From Schmidtea polychroa (taxonomy: Eukaryota), in NCBI GenBank assembly GCA_044892525.1, contig CM097885.1, positions 52,082,001-52,146,000 of the forward strand: 64,000 nucleotides of DNA, read 5' to 3'. Positions 28,600-40,908 of this stretch are shown piece after piece. Numbering within the stretch: position 1 is the first letter of the stretch; the number at the start of each line of letters is the position of its first letter. Below the pieces are notes generated by a model. That model did no database searches and was not told the DNA's origin. It saw nothing but the letters and a program-made list of their open reading frames with translations. Made by a program: the position numbers and the translations under genes.

Positions 28600-29290
28600 A
28601 ATATAGCGCCAGGTAAATTAAGTAAACACTGTAAAGCTTCAAGGATATGGGATATAACACACTGGTTATTGAATTCAAGGTAAACCGAGCCAATGAAAGA
28701 CTCACTTTGTACTTTGGGTTACTTTATCAATTCTCGACTTTATACTCATCGTAAAAGCGGTCCTCACACCACCGTAAAAACTTGCAAATTAAGGCAAATC
28801 ACACAAGATTGGTGAAGCATTCGTAAAACCAGTTGCGTTGACGATGGCGAATGTTATACTGGAAAAGCTGCTGAAAATAAGTTGTCACAAATTTCACTTT
28901 AAAATGACATCAGCAACATAATACATGACACAAGTGATGACATTTAGCTCAAGTAGTTGTAGATCAATAGTAACAGCCTCCATCTTATAGATAAAAAACG
29001 GTGGAATCAACATCATCGAAGTAAAATAAAACCTAAAAGATTTTCAAAAATTACCACCATTATGGAAACGATGCACAGAGAATGATAACTTTGCAAATGT
29101 TTTCCTGCTGAATTACTAAAAATAAGACAAAAACAATCCTTTTCGAGAAATTTAGACATAAAAACGAAGAAAATGAACAGACTTTGTTGCGAAAATGATA
29201 TGAGAGTAGCACTTGCCAAGACGAAAAGGTGTATTTTTGAACTTGTCTTTGAAAGGCAACAAAACCAAAATGGACTTGCAGTAAATATTC
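28600..29290 (+). pseudogene. Degenerate, internally deleted hAT (Charlie/Buster-like) transposase
   Basis: Pieces read GEAFVKPVALTMANVILEK..AENKLSQISL and IKTKKMNRLCCENDMRVALAK. Confidence 0.65.
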
Positions 29291-29352
29291 ATTGAGTCAT
29301 GTTTTGTTTTTGTGTAAAATTCATGTCTGTAAAACTTGTTATAGGAGTCATT

Positions 29353-30073
29353 CATGGGTGTCCGTAAGGAGAGGGGGCAAGGTGGGGCACTTGCCCCCCT
29401 CCTTAGATTTCCCAAACCATTCTATTTTTCGAGTATCAAATTGAAAACTTTAATGCTGAAGCAAGCACTTGGTTTGAGATGTGGTCAAATAAAAAATCGG
29501 ATTTTGAAATAAAAAGTCGCAATGGAATGATGGATTTATTACAATTCACAAACTTTTTCCAGCTATTATAAAATCAGTCCTTATTGCTTTAACATTGCCA
29601 GTGTCATCTTGCGCGGTTGAAAGATCATTAACACACTGAGAAGAGTCAAAACGTGCCTAAAGTCAACAATGTGTGAAAATAGACTTTCTGGACTTTGCAT
29701 GATGAGTGTTCATCGTGACAGAATCAATGACAGTAAAAAAAGCGAAAAATAATGGACAAAGTGATGAATAAATTTGGTCAAAATCACAGACGTTTGCAGT
29801 TTCTTTTCAGAAATTAATATTTATGAATAAGTCTATGTAATTTTGATTTTATAATTGAATAAATATTTAGGGAAAATATACAAAAGAAGCTTTTTTACGT
29901 TTTTTGATTCTGTTTATTCCTAAAATCACATTAATGTTTCAACGATAAAAATGACTTTAATTGAAATCATCGATATACTATTAATTATCTGATTATAAAG
30001 TAACAATTTTTTTTCGTAAATGATAAATATTTTTGCCCCCCCCCCCTTGGAAAAATTCCTGCGGACGGTCTTG
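29353..30073 (+). mobile_element. Non-autonomous hAT element retaining a dimerisation-domain remnant
   Basis: Perfect 8-bp TSD GAGTCATT; imperfect TIRs CATGGGTGTCCGTAAG / CCTGCGGACGGTCTTG; LTLPVSSCAVERS..LRRVKTCLKSTMCENRLSGL. Confidence 0.88.
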
Positions 30074-32011
30074 GAGTCATTTGATATCACAATGCTAGAT
30101 TATTTAGAACCCAAAATTATATATTATTTCTATTGAAAAATTACAATCTAAATCTAAATATTTTATATCCATGCCAAGGAAAAAATTTTAAAAGAAAGAA
30201 ATCATTTGATTCTTTTTGTGTCTCATACGATTTAAGGATTTTAAAACAAATTATACAAAATCTATAGAAAAAAGACCAAATAAGATATTGTGATACATTT
30301 GCCTATATAAATATATGATGAATCTTTGATGAATACAATTAAAATAAATAATATTTCCTTTCTTTTATAATTTCAATGTTTTAAATGACATTGTCGCTTA
30401 TCTTCCAGACGTCCTGTAAAGTCAAGATAGAAATTGTTAAAATAAGTATTATGAACTAAATCAAGAATGTCGTGAGTCAAATGAAAAGGGAAAATGAAAC
30501 ATTTCAGTAACTAAGTACTGGCTTTTCTTTTAAAGTGATTATTCTGAATTAGATATAATCTTGATATTTTGATTTGCTTTTCTCATTTAGATTTTGTAAT
30601 TGGCTCTCCAAATAAACATAGTATACGTAAAAAGTGTATAAAATAAGAAATTAAATTCATTTTGTTCTTTTAAATTGAATGTTTTTATCAGATTCAGTTA
30701 TGAATGTCTAATATTATTTGTCACGGTTCATCAGTTTTGGAGTCTTTGTGAGAGCTTAGTGTAATTTTGCATTGGTCTCTTGACAATTAATATCAAGTTT
30801 TCAATGCGATTTAATTCAAGAAATCTATTGAACATCTAAAACAATAAAATTATTTTGATTTAATTTGCAAAAAGCTAGTTGCTTTATAAAATATATTGTT
30901 TCACTAGTATTAATATAGAAAAACTTCTGAAGTTACACTACGACATGGTTCAATGTTATTGAAATAATTACATTGATAATTGTTTTACTTGCAAAGGTTC
31001 TATGAAAGTAGCTTGTCTCAATAAATGCCCATTCTGTCAGAATTTCAAACGAGATCAAGCTACGTATATTCAAAGATGGATTAAGGTCGATTAAGGACCA
31101 GCGCAGAAATAAATATTGAGTCATAATAATATTATATATAATTATAATTAATTATAATTATAATTATAATTAATGATAATATAAAGAGAAACAAAAAAAA
31201 TTTAATTAGAATTATAAATGTAAAAATATTGTATTGGTCCGATGAGCAGCAGCGCAGTCGCAAAGGAATAAGAGTAGTATTGACATAATAAAAATAAACG
31301 AATATAAATATACTATCTGGTTTTACCGCCTGTTGTAAATACATACGTAATTAAAATTACACATTTAAAACTATGCTTCGTGTCATTAGAAAAATGTGTA
31401 AAGTTGGGGTTTTGCGAGGTCAGGTGCGACCGCAGTCAAATCTACCTCTGCACATATCTTATTTCCTGGAATCCATAGAGCATAGAATACAGACTTCGTT
31501 GATTTAAAACAGATTTATTGAATGGTGGTTTAAATGTCCTTGTTATTTTATTTTTATAGTTTTATTGCAAATGCCTAAGAGATATTTTTAAAATTGATAT
31601 TGTTAATATTATTATTAGTGTCAATAAATTTATTATACATCATTTCCAAATTCAATCTGCTATAAGCCTACAGATGCGTAATCTAACCGATGAATGCACA
31701 AACTTATTAGAGGTATACAACCAAAATCACGTGGCAAAACGAAATACAACCGGTTCAAACCACAAACATGATGAAAAATGACTTTTAAGTAAAAATAATT
31801 TTGAGTAAATTACGCATTTCTATAAAACCACAAAAATGTCACGTGAATAATATATCCAAATTATCTATTTATAGTAAATTCGATTTGAAAATAATGTAAT
31901 AGGTAATATTGATATAATATCATAATGTGCTAATCACATGATAACAATTCAATCAGATTAAACAACCATACTTTTATTTACACTAGAGTAACATAATTTC
32001 ATATCAATTAC

Positions 32012-32193
32012 TCAATTTAAAGGAAATGAGGGGGTTGTAGGGTAATGTATTTGTAAAAAACGAAAATAGTTATAATATTTATTCATTTCAAATGTTTCAT
32101 TTATTAATTGTTCAATTTTTTCTTCAATAACAGTTTCTGGAGATCCGGCTTCTACAACTTCATGAACATATTCAGTACTAAGCCTTGGTTTTT
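32012..32193 (-). CDS. Possible (alternative terminal) exon of the neuroglian-like gene
   Basis: aatacag|AA AAA CCA AGG..., phase 1 matching the TM exon donor; open for 59 codons (KPRLSTEYVHEVVEAGSPETVIEEK...) to TGA; no strong internal donor. Confidence 0.4.
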
Positions 32194-32394
32194 CTGTATT
32201 ATAAGTTATAAATGTTTTTAAATTTTTTTTTCAAAACCAGCATCATTTTCTTTTAAAAAGAGATATTTCACAATTTTGAATATGTTTAATATTCAAACTT
32301 TTGTATACTACTGTAATGTTATGTATGTAATTATTATTATGTATGTATTATTGTAATGTTGTACATGTATTATTATCGTAATGTCGTGTATGTA

Positions 32395-32930
32395 CAGGAA
32401 TACCTCGCATAGTACGGTTTCGATCAGTACGGTTTCTCTATAGTACGGTTTTAAAATTTTCAAAATTTGATTGTTTTTAAAATGATTAAATAAAATTTTC
32501 GAAATTTAAAAGATTTTTTAAATTAATTTTTTAGAATTTATTCGTTATTATAAAATCATACGTGTTTAATAATTTGTTTTGTTATGTTTAATTTCTGGTT
32601 TGAAGTTTTAATAAAAAATTGAATAAATAAACCGTACAAAAATTCACTGCGGATACATTCACGATCGCGCGATAATAGATCAAAGTTGTTGGTTTTTATA
32701 TTTTTAATCGTAGAGTATGTTGACTTTTATATATTTAGATTTTAATTTAAAAAATAAAATGAGTGGCAGAACAAAGTTTTGTTTACTAGATTATAATCAC
32801 GATTTTTAAATTTCTTAATAGGGGTACTAAGCCGTAAATTTATTAGCGCCAGAATGCCTCGAATAGGCCGGTTTCAAATAGTACGGCTAAATTCCAGAAC
32901 CGATTAACCGTACTGTTCGAGGTATTCCTG
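32395..32930. mobile_element. Tc1/mariner (pogo/Tigger-type) MITE
   Basis: TA|CAGGAATACCTCGCATAGTACGGTT ... AACCGTACTGTTCGAGGTATTCCTG|TA, inserted in a TATTATTGTAATGT minisatellite. Confidence 0.88.
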
Positions 32931-33147
32931 TATTATTATTGTAATGTCGTGTATGTATTATTATCGTAATGTTGTGCATGTATTTTTATTGTAGTGTATT
33001 ATTATCAGTTTATAATTATTTAAATAATCTTCTTTATTATTCCAATGATGAATACAATCATTTGCTACTTTTTTACTCCCCTTGCAAATTTAATTTATAA
33101 TTAGTTATTATAAATATTTAATTAAAATATCCTTTAAAAGTCTATAG

Positions 33148-33745
33148 CAAGGGTGGGCACGCATGGGTTCAATAAGAGCCATTTTCCGAAAATTTATTTT
33201 TTACGAGCCACCATAGTAAAGTACATATTTTTTCGTTTTTTCGTATTTTCGTTTTTTGATGTTTTCTGATGTCATTATAATAATAAATTTAAATAACTAT
33301 ATGGCTGAAATTTAAACAAAATAATAAAAAGACATTAATTTAATTTTAATTAGTTTAAAATTTTAAAATGCTTCATAAAAAAATCTTCTTACCAAATTTT
33401 TCAAAAAACACGAATAGAAAACTATACTAAAATATACAAACGACCGCAATCTTGTACAAACAAAATAATAACCAATCAAAATTCACTAAATTTATTTTTG
33501 ATGCTTCTCTCTCGTTGTTATAACAAAGCGCCGCCTACTACAAAATAATTTTAAAAAGCAGTAAAATGTGAAAAACAATGTTTCGTTAATTTTTGACATT
33601 TATGAAAATACAATTGCAACAAAAAATTTTTTCTCAAAACATTTAGTGAAAAATTTCAAAATAAAAAATCGAATTCGATTATCAAGAATTCAATTATCAA
33701 TGAGCCGCAGTTTACTCAACGAAGAGCCGCATTTGCCCACCGTTG
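33148..33745. mobile_element. hAT (Charlie-type) MITE
   Basis: Perfect 8-bp TSD GTCTATAG; TIR CAAGGGTGGGCA / TGCCCACCGTTG. Confidence 0.9.
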
Positions 33746-36282
33746 GTCTATAGTAAGTTAAGAACTTATTATAAAGATGGAATAAAGAAAAAAAATCATT
33801 TAAACATATTTAATATAAAGGTTTTCATACCCAAACAAAAGCGAGAGCATTTGAATAGATGTTATTAGATTTCATTATTTCACTGTAAATTTCTAATCAA
33901 AAGAGGAAAAGCCAGAAAAACTAAAATATATATTAGACTTTTAATTATTAAAAAACTCATCTTTTATATCGTTCCACATTCCTGATTTCAAAGGTCCATT
34001 TATTTGTTAAAAATTAAACTTTGTTTTGTTGAGAATTTGTTTCATAACTACTCAAAACCACTCCGACTGTACCAAGACTTCTTTTAACGGAGACTCTGTA
34101 GGGTTATTATTTCTTTGTCTTATTTATTAGACCATAATACATAACCACAATAAATACTTTAATGACTGGAGCCTACCTCATTTATTGTCAAGTGTGCATT
34201 TTTATAATAACTGAGTCCGCCTAAGAACGAATTTCCATGTAAATTTAGCATCTACAAGTACAATGAAATGTTTAACTAATCGAAAGGAAAAAGTGAAACC
34301 ATGTATTTTCACTTAATTTTACTGATATTTCTTTTTTAAAATCAATATTTAATTATTCCCCTGATATTAATTACAAATTCTGACATTGCCGTCTTTAAAT
34401 CCCTAGTTATCATGTATTAATATTTAAATATTTCGGTGAACAAAAAAATTTAATTTGATAATATCTAAAATTTCTATTAGAATAAAAATCAGAATATCGA
34501 TTTTTTTAGAAGAAAAAATGTCGAAATTTTACATTAAAACAAATGAGTAAAATGAAAATAAATTTTATGAAAATTCAAAAAAGAAAATAGTAATAAAATA
34601 GATATCCAATAAATTAGCTTTTGAAAAATGTTTTATTTAATAAAAATTTTAATAAAAAACTATTTCACAATAAAATAAATAATACACACATTACAGTGGA
34701 TAATTATAATTCTTCTCATAACTTCACACACATGTTATAATAAAATTACACACATAATTTAATCAAGTGGTGCCCAAAATGTGGCACACGTTAGTCTTTT
34801 TATTGGCACTCTTTAAACTTTCATATTTGTAAAAGTTTTCAAAACAATTACCCTAACCTTGAAATCAATAATTATTGTTTATTATTAATCTACAATCGAA
34901 AGAGATGAGCTTTGAAAATAATTAAAAATAAACACAGAAAGCGATTTCTAAATTCAAATTTAAATATTCGACTTAAAATAAGAATGAGTGGTGATACATT
35001 TGATTTTGAAAAATTATCCAATAATATTAAAGAATGATTTTAATAAAAAATTTGAATTTTTTAAATTGTCACTATTTATTTAAGAAAGATTTTCAGCACT
35101 TGTTGAAAATATTGTGGGTATCTCTGATTTAATCAGTAATGTATGTTTCGAATAAGAAACCAACCACAAATAATTTAATAAAAATTGTTACTGATTAATA
35201 TTATTGACTCTGCACCTAATTAAGTAGTTGATGATAAATACTTTAAAATTGAAATTTCATCGAGGATAAAGCTTGAAGAAAACCAAAATATCTCAATCAA
35301 TCTCAAAGGAGATGTACTTTATCTCAATGTCTACGGTAATTGCTTGTTTGGTTTTTGATGTTTTCATTACATCAGATGCATCCTATTATTAGCATCCTAT
35401 ACGAGTAAGCATACTAATAATATTTTGTAAAACGACATAATCTGGTATAAAAGTTACTTATCTACCAATGTAATAGAAGTTATACCGATGTGACCAGGTA
35501 AGTTATTGTTATGGAAAAAGACTCATTTAAAAATACCTTAGATATATTATAGATCTATTCTTGAATATTAAAGTGAGACGATTTTCATCTGGGAATTTTT
35601 TAAAGTTTTCTGTCTAATTTTATTTTTAAAAAATATTAATTTCAGTTTAAGATTTTCTAATTAATAATAAAAATCATCATTAGAAAAATGTATTAATTTA
35701 TTAAAAAAATCAAATAAATTACTTTTAAGGAAGAGAATTTATTAAATTTAATATAAAAAAGAATATTTAATTTTAAATAATTTTACCGTTATATTTACAT
35801 TTTATGACATTTAGGCACTTATAATAAATACTTTGATGATCATTATGTGGCTGTAGATATTTAAGTTAAAATGCTTATGATCATAAGATCTTCAAAAATA
35901 ATTAAGAAATAAAAAGTATGGAAAATGTAATTTATTTGTGTAAAAAATAAATATTTAATAATAATATTAAAAAATAAAATAATAAAAATAAAAAATTTTT
36001 ACTGGGGATGGTTTTGGAGATTCGAATGAATATGCGAAGTATCAGGAATAGAAGAACTTTGTTTTCCCCTCACTAAAAAAATAAATAAAAGTCACCACAA
36101 ATAAATTTAACGTTTTAATTATAAAGTATCTAAAACGTTTACTCGATTAAAATATTAAAATCCTGTAAACTTCATTTAGCATATTTTTACTTTTTTAAGG
36201 TTTGTTCTAAATGAAGTACATAAATGAGGTACTATAAGGTTCTCAATTTTTAAAAATTGATAAGTTTCGAAAAAAAGGGAGA

Positions 36283-37570
36283 TTGCCACCTCTAAAGGAT
36301 GAAATAATTGTGAATACTATGTTGTGTGATTTATTTAAGAATAATCATATTGATGAAGAGATATCAAAATTAATTCATGCAAAAGGTTCACAACCAGCTA
36401 AATTATACGGACTTCCAAAAGTTCATAAAGACGGAGTTCCCATGAGACCTGTTTTATCTATGATTGGAACAGCTCAATATAAAATAGAGAAGTATTTGGA
36501 TTGATCATTAAAATCCTTAATAAAATCTGAGCTTGAATGTAAAAACAGTTTTGAATTTGCATTATGTATAAAAAAATTGAATAAAAATCATGTTAATCAG
36601 TATATGGTTTCGTTTGATGTATGTAGTTTATTTACTAATGTCCAGTTGAAAGAAACAATCGATTTATGTTGTGAATTATGGAATGAAACTATTGATGCAC
36701 ATAATATGTGTGATGGAAATGCATTTAGGAAGTTTTTAAAATTTGCAACTTTCAAAGTTAATTTTCTTTTTAATAATGAATGGTATGAACAAATTGATAG
36801 AGTTGGGTTCGCCCTTAGCACCAACAATGGGGTCAATATTTTTGGCAAGTTTAGAAAAGAAAATTGCTTCTTTTCAATATGAAAAACTAATTGTGTATAA
36901 AAGGTATGTTGGTGATATTTTTCTGATATTTAAAAGTAATGAACATGTGAAACCATTTTTGCATTACATGAATGGATTGCATGAGAACATTGTATTCACA
37001 TGTGAAACTGAGAAAGATTTATCCATAGCGTTTCTTGATTTGTTAAATAAATGTAAAGAAGAACAATATGAAACTGAAATTTATAGGAAACCAACAGATA
37101 CTGGCCTCTATACTATCCCAGAAAGGTTTTGTGAATTTAAATATGAGAGAAATATGGTGAAAGGATTGGTTTATCGATCATGGTGCTTAACTTCCACTTT
37201 TAAAAACGCAGTAAAATGTGTAGATAAATTAGTTGAATTATTGATGAAGAATGGTTACTCAAAATGGTTTTTATTGTTAACTTTGAAAGAGACTGTTGAA
37301 TATATGAATAATGCTAAGGATCGTAGTATGAATGAATGTAAATTGACCGATATATCGAATGATGTAGTGACTAATAGTATTGATACTAACAAACAAGACG
37401 AGCCAAAATATACCATGGTATTGCCGTATTCGGAAGAATATAAATATTTCATAAGAAAGATAGGTAAACAGCTGGGTAAATTGAATTATAGAATTGTTTC
37501 AAAATCGTGCAAAATGTACGCAGTATGTTTGTTAATAAATCTCAAACGCCGGTTGGATTGTGTTCGGATC
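36283..37570 (+). pseudogene. Penelope-like reverse transcriptase, disrupted
   Basis: LYGLPKVHKDGVPMRPVLS, VSFDVCSLFTNV, GSPLAP, YKRYVGDIF, FLDL, IYRKPT; in-frame stop and frameshift. Confidence 0.92.
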
Positions 37571-38524
37571 AGACTTGTCAAATCTTCAAGATCATAAATA
37601 ACAAATACCAAAAGAACTACGCAAACGATTACTCAAGGTTGCACTAGAAAAAAAGAATATTAATTATTTCATTCAAACAAAAAATACAGAAGAATTTATT
37701 ACAGGGTTTTTACTTAGTTTGCATTAGTTTTACAAATACAGCAGTGATTCTTTATCGAATCTGTTTCTTTCTTAAGATTTTATTAAATGCAGTGATAAAA
37801 ATATTTGCTCCGATGAATATGTCGAATCAAAAACTGTTAAAATCGTATTTGCCAATTATTTTCATTACAATAACTATATATGGTAAATGTTCTATATGCT
37901 TTTCTAATCAAAGTGCTTTCATTTTCGACTAAATATACATAAATCTAGATATTTTTTGACGTGAATTGCTTATTCATTTTCTTTTTATGAGAAATTATTT
38001 TTACTAAATAGTTATTTGTAAAATGCTTTGCAAAACCCATGTGAGTATCATAAAATATTCATGTGTGTCAATAAAGACCCCGCGGGTCAGAGGTTGGCCA
38101 TCACTGTTCTAGCGTTACCATAAATTATATTAATTATATTAAATTAAATTGTAATTATCGAAATTAAGCAGCTTATTATTCCTATTTTCGATTAACATTT
38201 TTATCATATATATTGTTTACCGAAATTTCTTTTTGTTTATTGATCCTAGCTGCCTTTTTTGATGCAAATTTAGAATAAATAATGGACTATAAATTAAAAT
38301 TAGTGGATTGGATAATAAATAATTTAACATAAATGAGATTGCTGTGGAATTTATATAACTATCACAGTTATTTTTCCTTATTTATTTATGCTAAGCATTT
38401 AAAACCAAATTTTCAAAAAGAAATATTTCAAAAAATAATTTTAAAGCAATTTATTAACATATAGAAATTTTTAAAAAAAAATTATATTAATTGTACTATT
38501 TATATTCTACATATTATCACGTAC

Positions 38525-38740
38525 TGTACAATATCTTCTGTCTTCTCCAAATAAACAATCCAATAACTCCGCATAAAAGACCCAGTATTAAAATGAGTAA
38601 AATAACAAACCAAGTCGTTCCAGATCCACGCAACATTAAAAACGCATTTGATTCACCAGTTCCCGTTTTCAGAAATCTTGATTGAGTGTTGACGGATCCA
38701 GATTTTGTATTAATAACTGCTCTCACGAGATATGTTTCTT
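38525..38740 (-). CDS. Exon of L1CAM/neuroglian-like gene: end of last FN3 plus transmembrane helix
   Basis: ttattatag|AA GAA ACA TAT...TAC A|gtacgt; ETYLVRAVI...GTTWFVILLILILGLLCGVIGLFIWRRQK; phase 1 to 1, in frame with 49770. Confidence 0.85.
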
Positions 38741-38960
38741 CTATAATAAAAAATAATAAAATAAAAGAATTTAATAATTGACTGCATAGATTGATTAGAT
38801 TATTTGTAAATCTTTAGAGATAAATTATGATATAGATATTATGTTTAAATAAATCAAAATACTAAAACAATTTCTATAAATTAATAAAATTCTTTTAATG
38901 CTTTAGCGATAAAAATTTTAATTTGATAAATTTTTAAAATTCAACACAACTATTTATTAA

Positions 38961-39486
38961 CCCCTTCAGAATCGGTGTGCATAATTACGCATATCAACTT
39001 CACTATTTGTTTTAGAGAACTAGAATCAATATTTCTTTATCACACTTCGATTATTTAATGCTGTAAATATTTATAAACATAACCTAAAATTTATGTTATC
39101 GTGTGCCAAGTTGTTCATCAGATACTTTAAAATTAAATCATCATGACTGAGGAATTTTCAAAAATATAAGGTTATTATTATTTAATTTTATTTTATACAG
39201 AAAATTTAATTAAAATTAAATTATTTATAGAGTAATGTAGATATAAATCGCAGTTGATCCACCATGTGTTATTTTCTAGCTTATATTTAACATTTAACAG
39301 TGCAATCGATTCAAAAATGATATGCATAGTTATATAATTAGAGTTAATATAACTATATGGATGTTAATAATAAATATAAGAATAAAAATTAAAATAAATA
39401 TTCTTGTTTTCCTTACACCTAATTGAAATATATTAAAATTATTTTTATTTCATACAAAATAAAATTATAAATCAGGTCTCAAGGGG
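38961..39486. mobile_element. piggyBac-type MITE
   Basis: TTAA|CCCCTTCAGA ... TCTCAAGGGG|TTAG. Confidence 0.65.
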
Positions 39487-39556
39487 TTAGAACTTCCAGA
39501 AAAAATAACGGATATTTTTGTTTATTCTGTCCCTTCTAAATAATCATGGAGTCAAA

Positions 39557-40908
39557 GGTAGATAGTTAATAGCTCCCAGCCACCCCCCCGCCCCAGCCGC
39601 AATCCCAGGGGGAAGGGTAAAGAAATTGCAGCAACTCTTTTTTTTGCTTTTTTGATTACGTAATTGCGACAGAAAGCTACTCATATTTTTTTCAATTCGA
39701 ATAAGAGGGTCCTATAGAAAAAAGTCAGGATTTATTACTTTAATTAACTTATTTATCCTTAATTTACATATTTTTCCTTTATTGCTTAATTTTACACCAT
39801 AATTTACTTAACAACAAAATATAACTCTCATTTACATATTTAACCAATAATTTCATATGGTCATTAATTAATTCACAGAGATTTGCATCTAAAATTAACA
39901 TTAAAAAATATTTCATAAAAATTTCTATTAAAAATTGACTTTGAAAAATATATCATTAAAATTTTCATTAAAAATTATCTTAAAAAATTATTTTATAAAA
40001 TTTTTTATTTAAAATTTTTAATTCTGAGACACCAACTATTCCATAATTAACTTTAATTTAAAAAATTAGACCATATACAAATATACAAAAAAATCCATTA
40101 AAATTTACTTAAAAAATTATTTCATAAAAATTTCCATTAAAAAATTTCATTTCTCAAAAAAAGTTGGTTCAATCTTTTGATAATAAATTTAAAAAAATTA
40201 CTTTAATTTACTTATTTAACTTTAATTTAAAATTTTTGACCATTGATTACTTAATTTTAAAAATTAGGACCTTAATTTACTTTATTTCATAAATCTGAAC
40301 CTTAATTTACTTATTTACAATAATTTACGTTAATTTAAAATTTTAGAGCTTAATTTACTTTAATTAAAAATTTTGACCTTAATTAAATTATTTAGACCAT
40401 AATTGACTGTAATTCAAAAATTACCACGCTTTTTTATTGAAATTATTCTGAGACCTTAAATTACTATGGCTTTTTTATCGATAATTGAAATTTGTATAGA
40501 AATCTCAGGACCAAGGAGACCCACCTTAATTTATTTAGAAAATTCTATGCTTTTTTTATATTTGTATTGAAAATCATAAGACTATCTAGACCCCCTCACT
40601 ATAGTCAGAGAAATCCTTGGCTTTTAGTGATAATCAGATTTTGTATTGAAAATCGCAGAACCAAGGAGACAATCTCACTATAGTCAGAAAGTTCTATGTT
40701 TTTTAGTGTAGACCCTTTTTTGTATTGAAATTCTCAGGTTCCATCGAGAGCTGCTGACTATAGTCAAAGAAATCCTGTTTTTTTTCTATAGGACCCTTCT
40801 ACTTGTATTGAAAAAAATTGAGTAACTTCCTGCCGCAATTACGAAATCAAAAAAGCAAAAAAAAAGAATTACCAGGGTGGGGGTTGCGGCAGGGAGCTAC
40901 TACCTACT
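39557..40908. mobile_element. Non-autonomous element with ~150-170 bp TIRs, (A/G)GTAG termini and 6-bp TSD-like flanks (Polinton/Maverick-derived?)
   Basis: Left GGTAGATAGTTAATAGCTCCC...TTTGCTTTTTTGATTACGTAATTGCG...GGGTCCTATAGAAAAA, mirrored at 40780-40908 ending CTACCTACT; flanks GTCAAA / GTCAAT. Confidence 0.7.
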